Shown here in pieces: positions 1-11,000 of a stretch of DNA of 64,000 bases (within the stretch, counting starts at the first letter, position 1; the number at the start of each line of letters is the position of its first letter). Under the pieces are notes generated by a model that searched no databases, was not told the DNA's origin, and saw only the letters and a list, made by a program, of their open reading frames with translations. A program made the translations under genes and the position numbers. The stretch spans positions 94,317 to 158,316 of the forward strand of contig JAGXRP010000066.1 of the NCBI GenBank assembly GCA_018335795.1, given 5' to 3'. The DNA comes from Desulfobulbaceae bacterium (GTDB taxonomy: Bacteria; Bacteroidota; Ignavibacteria; Kapaibacteriales; UBA2268).

Positions 1-14
1 ACAAGAAAAAAAAA

Positions 15-875
15 TTAAGGTTGGTTTTTCACCAAGAAAAATGTATCTCTTATTGCATGAGCAGAGCCGAAATACCCTATTCCACCCTCAATACTTGTCA
101 GAATCGGTTCTGCTTGTCCACGTCCTTGTGCTTGCAAAAACCATCTTAAAAAATTCCAATCCGGCGAATAAACAGTTACGCTATGTTTGCCGTACCATTT
201 GAATATGCTCCAAATTATTGGAGTCTTCGTTGCTGGTATAGGACCTATTCCTGTAACTTCGCGATAAAATCTGTCCTCACGCCAAGGACGCTCAATTCTG
301 CGGTTCATTTCTGAGGTCTGCGGGTCTAAATATTTTCCGTATTCAAGTGTATCGAGATTAGTAAAAGCAAATAGAAAGAAGTCGAATCCTGCCACTTTTT
401 GCCATGAAAGTGTATCTGTGGGTGGCAAATCAATCGAATCTTTTGGGAAATATACCATTTCATTAGGTCGTTTTTCCCATGCTGTTTTTGAGGGTGTCAG
501 TGTTGTTCCTGTGATTTTATTACCATTCGGAAGTGTAATTTCAATCGAGTAATTTGTTTCTGCCTTGACCAAATAGTTTGTGTCAGCATAAAAATAACCT
601 CTTGTGCCTTCTTCTCGTGGTCTGAATTTCAATTCAAACTCATTGTCGCCTTCTCTGATAATAATTACCGCATCGCGAACCATTGACGAATCATAATTAT
701 AAAGCTCAAACAAGGGTTGAGTTTTTGTCAGAATAATACCCTGAATTGGCTCATCAACTAAAATCAAAGCCTCGAGTACATATTCTTCTACATAGCTCGT
801 TGGTGGCAAATCTTCGCAAGATTGGGAGAATGTTGCCAATAAAATTAATGCGATGATAAAAATCTGATTTTTCAT
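15..875 (-). CDS. Lipoprotein, DUF4249-like; accessory gene next to a TonB-dependent receptor
   Basis: 286-aa ORF with an N-terminal signal and lipobox-like segment (LLATFSQSC). It sits immediately downstream of, and in the same direction as, a TonB-dependent receptor, which is the usual placement of DUF4249 genes in FCB genomes. The family call rests on memory of the sequence pattern and on context. Confidence 0.45.
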   Translation of the reverse strand: MKNQIFIIALILLATFSQSCEDLPPTSYVEEYVLEALILVDEPIQGIILTKTQPLFELYNYDSSMVRDAVIIIREGDNEFELKFRPREEGTRGYFYADTNYLVKAETNYSIEITLPNGNKITGTTLTPSKTAWEKRPNEMVYFPKDSIDLPPTDTLSWQKVAGFDFFLFAFTNLDTLEYGKYLDPQTSEMNRRIERPWREDRFYREVTGIGPIPATKTPIIWSIFKWYGKHSVTVYSPDWNFLRWFLQAQGRGQAEPILTSIEGGIGYFGSAHAIRDTFFLVKNQP

Positions 876-882
876 TTTGCCC

Positions 883-3174
883 TCAAAACTTTACTTCTAA
901 TGAAATGGATGGTAATATCGGTATTAGCTTTACATCTTCTATGACTGTTTCGTCTTCACGAGTGTTATAGAATCTGACCAATATGTCGCGTCTGCTGTAA
1001 ACATTGTAAATATCTATAATCATTTTCGAATCTAATCCAAACATTTCGAAACTATATATAGCCGTTAGATTGAGTTGGTGAGACGGCGGTAATCGTAACC
1101 CGTATCGCTGGGTCGGCACCGTTTTTCCTCTACCTCTGATTTGTCCGGGCAATTGTGTATGGAATCGTGAAGATGCGCCTGTGTATGATTGCCCGGTCTG
1201 GAAGTAGAATGTCGCTCCGAATTCCCATCTATCGTTAAGTTCATATTGCCCCACAACTTTGAAATCATGCGTTCTGTCATACTTCGGGCGGAAAGGTTCG
1301 CCTTTGTTGATACTATCAAATTTTGATTCGATAAATCCAATAGCATATCCCATCCAACCATTAAATTTCCCAAATCGTTTTTGAAGGAATACCTCAGCAC
1401 CCCAAGCATTTGCTTCCCCTATGAAAAATACATCCGAAACTGTTGCCCCTTGCAATGCAATAGTGTTTAGTTCGCTGACATTATCGAATTTTTTGTAGTA
1501 AGCATCGAAAGTCAAATCATACCCATCATAAGGTATAGTCTCCAAACTCAAGATGTAATGAGTTGACTTGCTTGCAGGTACTGTTGAATCCGTTGGTAGC
1601 CAAGTGTCAAAAAAGGAGAAATCAGGTTGAGTAGCAAGTCTCAAATTTTGATGAAAAATCCCGCCTGCTGCTTTTAGAGCGATTCTATCCGTGAATCTAT
1701 ATCTCGCCGATATTCTCGGCTCGAAATTTACTAAACTGCTTAATTCCCAATAATTAGCGCGAATACCGGTTTGCACGGAGAATAATTCTGTAAATGCCCA
1801 TTTAGCCTGAGCAAAGACGCTTGTGTGCCAATCATCAATAGTCAGATTTGTACTTCCACCTGATGAGCCAACTTGTGTTGAATCTGTGTCGCCTGTGAAA
1901 TTCTGCAAATATTGGAATCTAAAACTTGATGTTTCAACCCCACCTTTGAATGTAATGTCATCACTCACAAACCATTCCAAATTCGCTTTGAGAGTGTAAT
2001 CTGTGATTGAATTATCTACAAGGAACTGATATCCTGATTGGTCGCCACGAAAGTTGTTGTAGTAATTACTGTAGCTCAAATTAACAGTCGAAAACAATTG
2101 GTCGTTGAAAATATGAGTCCAACGGCTTGCTAACATTCTGTTCCCAATATCAAGAGTTAGTCCCAGCCCGAAACTCGAAAATTCCAATTGGTCAGCACTA
2201 TTAAATCCGCTAATCGAAATCTTGTTGTTATCGCCGAAATCTTGTGTTATCTTAGCATTCAAATCATAGAATCCAAAGTCGGGGATAGGCTCTTCAGGGT
2301 CTTCTTTAATGAAACTCTTTACTAAATCGAAGTAAGTTCGTCGTGCCGAAAGTGAAAAGCTACCATTAAACAAAGGACCCTCTACAAATCCTCTGGAAGA
2401 AATAGCTCCAATCGAAGCCAATCCGGAGAATTTATTACGATTGCCATCCTTTTGTGTCAGGTTCAACACCGCCGACATTCTACCACCATACTCTGCATCA
2501 AATCCTCCCTTGACAAGTTCGACATCTTTAATAGCATCAGTATTGAATGTGGAGATAAATCCAAATAAATGAGTAGGGTTATATACGATTGAGCCGTCCA
2601 GTAATACAAGGTTTTGGTCAGGTGAACCGCCACGTACAAAAAGCCCGCTTGATATTTGCGATGAAGTTAGCACACCAGGCAAATATTGCAAGGTTCTGAA
2701 TACGTCGGATTCCCCACCTACTCTTATGTTTTTAATCGTCTGAACGGGTACATTCACCTTACTAATCGAGATTTGGCGACGTTCGACTTCTCGTTGGGCT
2801 TCCACAAATATTTCATTCATGACAACTTCGCTTTGATTCATATTGAAATCTTTTCGTATTGGCACTCCTGCAACAAATTCGAGTTCGATTTCGATTTTTT
2901 CGTAACCCAAATATGTGACTACTACTGTATATTTACCCGGTTGAACCTTAGGAATAGTAAAAAAGCCTGTTCTATTTGTGCGGGCTCCAAGTTTCGTTTC
3001 CTTTAGTATTACAGTAGCACCAATCAACGTCTCACCGGTACTTTTGTCTCTGATGACACCACTCAAAGAAGATGTTTTGTCATCATAAAGCTCAGCTTCT
3101 ACGGCTTCTATGCCAACTATATTTGCTAATATTATGAAAAGCAGCACAATGCTGAATTTATTACAGATTTTCAT
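883..3174 (-). CDS. TonB-dependent outer-membrane receptor with N-terminal carboxypeptidase-regulatory-like domain
   Basis: 763-aa ORF. Signal peptide, then a CarboxypepD_reg-like segment (GATVILKETKLGARTNRTGFFTIPKVQPGKYTVVVTYLGYEKIE). This is followed by a plug-like region and a long Gly/Tyr/Asn/Ser/Thr-rich stretch of beta-barrel character, ending in an aromatic C-terminal residue (KF). Confidence 0.8.
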   Translation of the reverse strand: MKICNKFSIVLLFIILANIVGIEAVEAELYDDKTSSLSGVIRDKSTGETLIGATVILKETKLGARTNRTGFFTIPKVQPGKYTVVVTYLGYEKIEIELEFVAGVPIRKDFNMNQSEVVMNEIFVEAQREVERRQISISKVNVPVQTIKNIRVGGESDVFRTLQYLPGVLTSSQISSGLFVRGGSPDQNLVLLDGSIVYNPTHLFGFISTFNTDAIKDVELVKGGFDAEYGGRMSAVLNLTQKDGNRNKFSGLASIGAISSRGFVEGPLFNGSFSLSARRTYFDLVKSFIKEDPEEPIPDFGFYDLNAKITQDFGDNNKISISGFNSADQLEFSSFGLGLTLDIGNRMLASRWTHIFNDQLFSTVNLSYSNYYNNFRGDQSGYQFLVDNSITDYTLKANLEWFVSDDITFKGGVETSSFRFQYLQNFTGDTDSTQVGSSGGSTNLTIDDWHTSVFAQAKWAFTELFSVQTGIRANYWELSSLVNFEPRISARYRFTDRIALKAAGGIFHQNLRLATQPDFSFFDTWLPTDSTVPASKSTHYILSLETIPYDGYDLTFDAYYKKFDNVSELNTIALQGATVSDVFFIGEANAWGAEVFLQKRFGKFNGWMGYAIGFIESKFDSINKGEPFRPKYDRTHDFKVVGQYELNDRWEFGATFYFQTGQSYTGASSRFHTQLPGQIRGRGKTVPTQRYGLRLPPSHQLNLTAIYSFEMFGLDSKMIIDIYNVYSRRDILVRFYNTREDETVIEDVKLIPILPSISLEVKF

Positions 3175-3264
3175 TTATTTAAAAAAAATTGAAGAAGTTA
3201 TTAATTAAATTATATGACGAAAAGAAAAATTAAATGATGTAACATATAAATTTTTCGGGAAAGT

Positions 3265-4596
3265 TCAAGATCGGATAGCTTTTTCCAAACTTTTAGCGAT
3301 ATACTGCAAGTCTTTACCTTTTAATTCTATCACTGTAGATTGATTTCTCCGCTTGTCTAACCACTTGCTTATAATTTCCCATTCAACAGCGTCGGTGTCA
3401 CCATTTTGAGTCTTTTGCATCAAATCAATTTGTTGATGTATTTCACTCAATTCAGCCTTTTTGCCGATAGTTTTATGGAAGTGCAAATTTCCGTCACTTA
3501 TTAAGAACACATCACATAGGTATTTGTGTTCATCGTCGTTAATAACAACTGCAATATCTTTACAAACTTCTTGCTTGGGCGAGATACTTTCGGTTATTTT
3601 TTTGATAAAATCTTTGCCAAGCAAATTTTCAAGATTTTGAATACTTTTTAAAGCTTCGAGTTTGGGTTCGTCGATGCTTTTGGCAATATCACCGGTTCCG
3701 TTAATGGGCGGTATTATATTGAATGAAGGTGAACTTTCGTTTAAGATTCTGAAATAATCAAGTTCGAGATGTAAGTCAGAAGCACATTCGAGATAATCTA
3801 CACTATCAGTTGCAGAAATCATATTCGAAATCTTATTTGATTGATTTTCTGCTTTGACTAACATACGTACAACAGAAGCTCTTAGATTATTGCTTTTACT
3901 TACAAAAAGTACGTCATCGTTAGCATTCCTGAATATTAATAATCCTTGTCCATAAGGGAAATCATCCGCCGATACCGCAAGTTTTGATAATGCTTCCTCC
4001 TTTGGTTTAAATGTTCGTTGGGTACGGTTCTGGAAATCCAGCAGCTCTGCAGTTGTAGAAATATCATACTCGTTTTCTGCAATGTTTAATAGCTCGAGGA
4101 GTATATAAGCAGTTGCTTCGGCATCGTCTAAGGCTCTATGACGAGAAATAATCGGAATGCCGAAAAAGTTTGCCAGCGAGCCTACATTTTTTTTTATATC
4201 CGTTGGTAGTAGTTTGCGGGCAAGTTTTAAAGAGCAAAGTTTATCACATTCAAACATATAACCCGCTCGTTCAAATGATGCTTTCACAAATCTGTAATCA
4301 AATTCGGAATTATGCGCTACAAATATTGTATCGGGTTTGCGGAACATCGCTTTGATACCCGGAATAGCATCTACGAATTCAGGTGCTCGACGAACCATTG
4401 CATCTGTTATACCGGTCATCTTCTGGATAAACTCCGGAATGGCTTGATGCGGATTCGCAAGAGTAGTGTATTTTTCAGCAATTAAGCCACTACGCACAGT
4501 TACACAGCCGATTTCAGTTATTCGGTGCAGCTTAGGGTCGGACCCTGTTGTTTCGACGTCAGTCACTACAAAATTTGTTTCCCAAATTGAAGCCAT
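3265..4596 (-). CDS. DnaQ-like (DEDDh) 3'-5' exonuclease fused to a GIY-YIG nuclease-like domain
   Basis: N-terminal motifs typical of the DNA polymerase III epsilon / exonuclease family (VVTDVETTG ... FVAHNSEFDYRF ... HRALDDAEATAYILLEL). A mid-protein segment (GQGLLIFRNANDDVLFVSKSNNLRASVVRML) resembles a GIY-YIG motif. Confidence 0.65.
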   Translation of the reverse strand: MASIWETNFVVTDVETTGSDPKLHRITEIGCVTVRSGLIAEKYTTLANPHQAIPEFIQKMTGITDAMVRRAPEFVDAIPGIKAMFRKPDTIFVAHNSEFDYRFVKASFERAGYMFECDKLCSLKLARKLLPTDIKKNVGSLANFFGIPIISRHRALDDAEATAYILLELLNIAENEYDISTTAELLDFQNRTQRTFKPKEEALSKLAVSADDFPYGQGLLIFRNANDDVLFVSKSNNLRASVVRMLVKAENQSNKISNMISATDSVDYLECASDLHLELDYFRILNESSPSFNIIPPINGTGDIAKSIDEPKLEALKSIQNLENLLGKDFIKKITESISPKQEVCKDIAVVINDDEHKYLCDVFLISDGNLHFHKTIGKKAELSEIHQQIDLMQKTQNGDTDAVEWEIISKWLDKRRNQSTVIELKGKDLQYIAKSLEKAIRS

Positions 4597-4614
4597 TTAC
4601 AAGCGATTTGTTTT

Positions 4615-5241
4615 TTATAAAATGTTGTGTGTAATATTTCTTATACTGTGTAATAATCCTGACAAATTCATTTTGTTATCAAAGTGTATAAATCTGATTC
4701 CCATCTTTAAAGCTCCCGATGAATTCTTAATATTGTCATCAATGAAAATTGTTTCTTCATGACTAAATTTCATTTTTCTGCAAACAAAATCAAAAATTCC
4801 CATATCCGGTTTTCTCATTCCGATTTCGTGAGAAAAGAAAACATCTTGAAATTTCGGAAAGAAATCAATACATTCATCCTTGAATTTTTCGAAGTGAATT
4901 TCATTGGTATTGCTCAAAATTACTATATTATAGAGTTTGGCAAATTCTTCAGCCATACTGATTGCATCCGGCTTCATTCCAATAAGCATAGCATTCCAAG
5001 CATCGATAATGAAATGTTCGGGCGAGTGAATACTATACTGTTTGCGTAAGTCGTTTATGAATGTATCAGAATCAATCAAACCTTTTTCATACATTTCAGG
5101 CATATCAAGTATGTCATTAAGTTCCATTGCTCGAAGATTTTCAGCCTCCGGCGACAGTATCGCCAGAGCCTCTATAGTTCTGCGATAATCAACGTCATAA
5201 AATACACCGCCAAAATCAAAAATTATATTCTTAACATTCAT
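4615..5241 (-). CDS. HAD-superfamily hydrolase (subfamily IA-like)
   Basis: Starts with HAD motif I (IIFDFGGVF). Internal motifs VILSNTNE and FIDDN are consistent with HAD motifs II-IV. 208 aa. Confidence 0.7.
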   Translation of the reverse strand: MNVKNIIFDFGGVFYDVDYRRTIEALAILSPEAENLRAMELNDILDMPEMYEKGLIDSDTFINDLRKQYSIHSPEHFIIDAWNAMLIGMKPDAISMAEEFAKLYNIVILSNTNEIHFEKFKDECIDFFPKFQDVFFSHEIGMRKPDMGIFDFVCRKMKFSHEETIFIDDNIKNSSGALKMGIRFIHFDNKMNLSGLLHSIRNITHNIL

Positions 5242-5469
5242 GATTGTACAAAAATACTAAAAAAGAATCAATATACTATGGGACTGCTAATAATGCATCC
5301 CTATTTCAATGACTACTCACTCAAGCAAAATTTATTTTCAAATTACAAACTGAATCCACTTTTAGCAAAAAGCAAAAGCGAACTTACAAGCAGGTGGATT
5401 TTTCATAAAAAAACGAAATCTCACCAAGGCTCGCCCTAAAATATGGATGCTATACTTTTGAGACTACCC

Positions 5470-6879
5470 CTAATATACTTTCCGTAAACGAGCCATATAA
5501 AACCCGTCACAGTTATGGACGTATGTCTTGGTAGTATAGCTGAAATCGAGGTCGCCCAAATCTTGCAGTTCGACTCCGTGTGATTGGAAATGAGGCTTGA
5601 GTGGGTCAGGGGCGAAATTCTCGTTATTTTGCAAAAAATAATCTACTACATCTTGATTTTCTTGAGGCATAACAGAGCAAGTTGCATAAACTAATGTACC
5701 CCCGGGTTTGACAAAATTCGAGTAATCGCTAAGTATCTTTTTTTGCTTTTCTGATAATCTCGTCAACAATTTATCAGTAAGTCTAAGCTTTTTCATAGGG
5801 TCACGTCTGATTGTACCCATACCCGAACATGGTGCATCAATAAGAACCAAATCAAATTGGGTACCGTTGAAAGTGCTCTTGAGCGATGCCAAATCAGGCG
5901 TTATGATGTGAATCGAAGAAATATTGTTTAGCCCACTTCGCGAAGAGCGAATTTTTAGTTCTCGGAGCCGATTGTATTCGACATCTGCTGCTACAATATC
6001 AGCTTTGCCCTGAGTCAAGTCTGACAAATGGAGCGACTTACCACCGGCACCGGCACATGCATCAAGTATTTTGTCTGTTATTTTTGGATTGCAAGCAAAC
6101 CCTATTAATTGACTTCCTTCATCTTGAATTTCAAATTTGCCACTTTTATATTCAATTGTGTTATCAATTTTCGCTCTTTCGTTCAAAATTATCGAACTTG
6201 GTGACAATTTACCGGATTCATATGATATGTTCATGCTACTTAACATCCTTTCAATCTCATTTTTCGAGGAGATCGTTGTACTAACGCGGAGGTTTGCCGA
6301 TGCAGGATAAATTGATTTTGTAGCATATTTGATTGTCTCAACAGAAGTTTTGTCTATCTCCGTTAATAAGTTTTGAGGGAAAGAGAACCTTAATTCGACA
6401 CTTTTCAAATCGTTTAAATTAAATTTTATGTGATTTTCGAGTTCCTTAACAAAAGTTTCAGTATTACTTAACCAATCTTTTATCGAACTAATCGTTACAT
6501 TTGTTTCAATATAAATGTCATTTACTAACAAGTTTATAAAATCAGATTCAGAAGTGCTATTTAACCGATTGAAAATATCAAACGAACCAAATTCAGCAAA
6601 ATACTTGTTTGTAGATAGGAAGCAATTACAAGCAGACATTAAGAAGAATTCATTACCTGTAATGTTGTTGTCTCTCGAGAACTTGTCTGCAAAATGCTTA
6701 AGCAAAATGAAATTCCGCAGAGTTGAGAATATGTTTTCGGATAAGAATCTACGTTCTTTACTCCCGAAGTTCTTGCGTTTACGTAAAAATTCCGAAACGA
6801 TGCCGTCAGTAGGCTTGGGTGACTTAATCGCAACTTCAGTCACTTGGGCTGCAATTTTCAATAGTGAAGATAGTTTCAT
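5470..6879 (-). CDS. NOL1/NOP2/Sun-family RNA cytosine-C5 methyltransferase (RsmB-like)
   Basis: SAM-binding and catalytic motifs of RsmB/RsmF-type m5C methyltransferases (ILDACAGAGGKSLHL ... LIDAPCSGMGTIRRDP ... TLVYATCS). 469 aa. Confidence 0.75.
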   Translation of the reverse strand: MKLSSLLKIAAQVTEVAIKSPKPTDGIVSEFLRKRKNFGSKERRFLSENIFSTLRNFILLKHFADKFSRDNNITGNEFFLMSACNCFLSTNKYFAEFGSFDIFNRLNSTSESDFINLLVNDIYIETNVTISSIKDWLSNTETFVKELENHIKFNLNDLKSVELRFSFPQNLLTEIDKTSVETIKYATKSIYPASANLRVSTTISSKNEIERMLSSMNISYESGKLSPSSIILNERAKIDNTIEYKSGKFEIQDEGSQLIGFACNPKITDKILDACAGAGGKSLHLSDLTQGKADIVAADVEYNRLRELKIRSSRSGLNNISSIHIITPDLASLKSTFNGTQFDLVLIDAPCSGMGTIRRDPMKKLRLTDKLLTRLSEKQKKILSDYSNFVKPGGTLVYATCSVMPQENQDVVDYFLQNNENFAPDPLKPHFQSHGVELQDLGDLDFSYTTKTYVHNCDGFYMARLRKVY

Positions 6880-7390
6880 TTACTTTTGTGTTAGTTTGAT
6901 ATAAAGAAAGTGCTAATTTACTAAAGATTTGATAGAATGTTTTATAAAAGATTGGGAAATTTTAAAAAAAATGAAAAAAAATTTGGTTCATAGCACATTT
7001 TGAGTTATTTTTAAAGTGCAGTAAAAGGGAAGTGTATATTTTAAATAGTAGAATTATAATGACATCTAGCAAACGAGGCGTTTTCAACGCCTTTTCGGGT
7101 ATTAAAATCACAATAGATGGGACAAAAGCAGTATAAAAATTTATACCATATATATATATGTACTTTTTTTTTGAACAATTTTAGGAATGTTTAAAAACTT
7201 TTTTGATTATTACGATGAAATATTGTAAATTCGATTGATATTTTAAGGAGAAAAAGCAAAAGTTTTTTCTGTTTTGTGCATGAAGCATATTGGCATGGTA
7301 TTTGCAAATAAGTTATTTGAATTTTTTCGAGATTTTTAACAATAGAATGGAACAAAGTTTTAACATATTTTTAATAGGAGTAATGACTGT

Positions 7391-7984
7391 ATGAAAAGAT
7401 TTCTTGCGTATTTCGCAGTCTTAGGGTTGCTCGCAGTGTTGTTTACAACAAGCGCGTCCGCTCAAGGCTTAAAGCTGGAGAGATCTGTAATCGGGAGTGG
7501 TGGCATGGTTGCTGCCCAAAATAATACCGAATACAGCTTAAACGGCGTTACAGGTCAATTTGCCATTGGTACATTGACCGACCAGAGTCCCGGCTCTCAA
7601 AATTGGGATTTGAATCAAGGCTTCTGGGTTCCCGGTCCACAAATAGTTAATAGTGTGGAAGACAATAACCCTTTAGCTAAAAACGACCTGTTCAACTACC
7701 CTAACCCGGTAAACAGGAATACTACAATTGAGTACTATCTGCCATCTGCTGCATACGTGACATTAACTGTTTACGATATGACAGGTAATCGCGTAAAAGT
7801 ACTCTTTGACGGATACCAATCAGGTGGAACCCAGACAATGGATTGGGATACCAAAGCAGACAATGGCGTCGAACTAAGTTCTGGTTCATATTTGTACGAA
7901 ATACAAGTTCGTTCATCTAATATGGCAGGAGCAGACACATTTAAGAGTTTCAGTAATAGAAACATTATGGTTATCGTAAGATAA
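7391..7984 (+). CDS. Small secreted protein with T9SS (Por) C-terminal sorting domain
   Basis: Signal peptide (MKRFLAYFAVLGLLAVLFTTSASA). The C-terminal ~80 aa match the T9SS type-A CTD pattern (NYPNPVNRNTTIEYYLPSAAYVTLTVYDMTGNRVKVLFDGYQSGG...YLYEIQV). AGGAG sits 8 nt upstream of the ATG. Confidence 0.6.
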   Translation: MKRFLAYFAVLGLLAVLFTTSASAQGLKLERSVIGSGGMVAAQNNTEYSLNGVTGQFAIGTLTDQSPGSQNWDLNQGFWVPGPQIVNSVEDNNPLAKNDLFNYPNPVNRNTTIEYYLPSAAYVTLTVYDMTGNRVKVLFDGYQSGGTQTMDWDTKADNGVELSSGSYLYEIQVRSSNMAGADTFKSFSNRNIMVIVR

Positions 7985-8047
7985 TTTCATGAAAAAGAAA
8001 ATTAAACATATTATATTTTGTGTAACAACATTTAGGAGTATCAAATA

Positions 8048-11000
8048 ATGAAGAAACTACTTCTTCTCAGTTTTGTACTATTATCATTGATTATAGCCTC
8101 AGTTGGCTCGGTAATGTCTCAATCGAGACTTATCAACTATCAAGGTAATATTTTAGACCAACAAAGCAAACCTTACGAAGGTTCTGCTCAAATGACATTC
8201 GAACTCTACGATAAAGAGTTCGGAGGCTCGCAATTATGGAGTGAAATCCAAAACGTAACAATGAATAAAGGTTATTTCAATGTTTACTTGGGTTCAAATA
8301 CTCCTTTCCCTGCTAACTTTAGCTTCAACCGCGAATTGTGGGTGCAAGTTACAGTTGGTACAAGCGCTCCATACCCGAGATCACCTCTCACTATGGTGCC
8401 TGCTGCTTTCGTTTCGGAAGTTGCTTCTTTAGCAAGATTTGCTGAAGACATTCCTGACGGTTTAGTGAATTTGAACAAATTGTCTAATGAAGTTAAGATT
8501 ATGGGCGGCGACCTTACAGGTACACTTCCAAATCCAAGACTCAGACCAGGTGCTATTTTAGAAGGCATCGAGGACGGTTCGATTACTCAAAGCAAATTGG
8601 CTCCAAATGTAACTACAAGACCTTCAGGTCCTGCAAGTGGTGACCTTACTGGTTTCTATCCAGACCCATTAATTGCTCCAGGAGCTGTTAATACTTTCAA
8701 AATTGCAGATGGTGCAGTTACTACAGAAAAAATTGCTGATTACGCAGTTACTTACAACAAATTCCAAAATGCTTTAGGTCCTGTTGGTACAATTCTCGGA
8801 TGGGATGGTACACAATGGATTGAAACTTCAGTTCCTGAATGGGAACTTGGTAAAATTGTTGAAGTATATGCCGGTGACGGTCTTTATGTTAATGAAATGA
8901 GTTCATATTATGGAAACGGTTTCTTTGATGTTCAAGTTGGTATCGCCGAATCAGGTGTAATTACTTCGAAAATTGCTGACGAAGCTGTAACTTATGGTAA
9001 ATTACAAAATGCTTACGGACCTGTTGGAACTATCCTTGGATGGAATGGTACAGAATGGATTGAAACTAACGTCCCTACTTGGGAAACTGACGCCGTAATC
9101 GGTAACGAAGTTTTAGACGCAACTCCTAACAGAGGTTTATTAAGAGCAGGTTTAGGTACTTTAGCTTCACCTTTTACATTAGGTATTGCTGATAATGGTG
9201 TTGTTAATTCGATGATTGCTAACCAAGCTGTATCATTAAATAAATTGGCCAATGGCTCAACAGGTGGTCAAGTTATGTATTGGAACTCAGTATTGGGTCA
9301 ATGGATGCTTTCTGCCGGTTCGGCTCCTATGGATAATAATGTAATCAGATGGGTTGACAATGGAACAACAAGACAACCACAATGGACAAGCGATGATGCA
9401 ATCGTTGGTAACGAAGTTGTTAATGCAACTCCGATGGGTGGTTTAGTACGTGCAGGTGCAGGTACAGAAGCATCTCCTTATACATTAGGTGTAATGCCTG
9501 GTGGAATTACTGAACCAATGTTAGCACAAGGTGCAGTTTCATTAAGCAAATTAGCTCCCGGTAATCAAATCGGTCAAATTATTTGGTGGGATGCTCTTAC
9601 CAGCCAATGGAGATATTCAACCGGTGCTGCTCCAACTCAAGACTATGTAGTTAAATGGGTTGATGCTGGTGGTTCTTTGACTCCACAATGGGCTCCAGAC
9701 GATATGACTATTCCTTATGAAAAATCAATTACTGAACATGTTCAAACATTATTTGCTCTTACTAATAATGGTAATAGCGATGTAATGTCTCTTACAACTA
9801 CAGGTACTGGCGACGGTTTGATGATTAATATGCCGCAAGATTTACCAGGTGGAGGACATGCTTTACATTTAAATGGTGCAGGTTTCCTACAACCAGCTTT
9901 AAATGTTAATGTAGAATCTGAATACGGACTTCCTAATGGTGCCGGTACTGTAAATGCAACTATTAATACTTTGGATGCTACTTCTGCAGGTTTCAAAATT
10001 AATACTGTTGTTAATGATGACGGTAACAATGCTTATGATGTAGATGGTTTGCAATCATTCTTGACTGTAAACAATGCTGTAAATAATGGATACTATACTG
10101 GTACTTGGAGTTTTGCAGAAACAGATAACGGTATTGCTACCGGTGTTTGGGGCGAAGCCGAAGGTATGAACGCTCAAAGTAACTTTGGTGTAATTGGTAG
10201 TGCTGATGATGCTGCTGTTTCTAACATCGGTGTTTTAGGTGTTGCAAATGCTCCTGTTTACCAAGATTATACTACTATGTTCCCTGCCGGATTCGGTGCA
10301 GGTGTTACTGCATTGAACGAAGGTGGCTCATTCATGGATTATGGCGTATTCGCTTTAGTTAATGGTGAAGCTACAGGTGCTTATGTTGAAGCTGAAGATG
10401 CTGTAGCCGGTGTATTCACTAATAATAGTGATATGTCAGAAACAGTATTAGCTTTCAACCAAGGAAACGGCGATGTTGTTGTCGGTATTGCTAACGAAGG
10501 TTCAGCTTTTGTTGGTTTTAACGAAAGTGCTATGGGAACTGCAGTTATTGAAAACATTGGAACAGGTTCAGCTATTGAAACAGCTTCTATGGGTACTGAT
10601 TTCCCAACTGTATTGGCAGAAAATCTTAATGATGGTCCTGCTGCATGGTTCGTTGGTATGAATCCACAAGCAGATGGCTTCGCGAATAATAATTCAGTAG
10701 CTGCTGTAGTAAATATGAATAATGGTCGTGCTTTGTATGTAGAAGGTGGAGCAGCTAACGATGAAAATGGTGGCAATCCTTACTTCCAAGATCCAGCTAA
10801 CAATGACGACGCTTCTTTAATCGTTGTTAACACAGCTTATCAAGGTGGCGCTCCTTGGGGTACTGCAATCAAAACTTACGGTGACATTTGGGCTAACTCA
10901 ACTATCGGTGCAAGCCAATTAGTAGCTCTTGACGCCCTTGTTATCGGCGACCCATTAGGTTTGAACACTACTTTGTATCCTCCAATGTATCCAGGCGATC

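Noticed and set aside
2686-3006. 106-aa plus-strand ORF
   Set aside because: It is antisense within the TonB-dependent receptor CDS.
6880-7390. 510-bp AT-rich gene-free region with (TA)5 and T9 tracts upstream of the secreted-protein cluster
   Set aside because: It is probably just a promoter or regulatory spacer. No convincing repeat or RNA structure was seen by eye.
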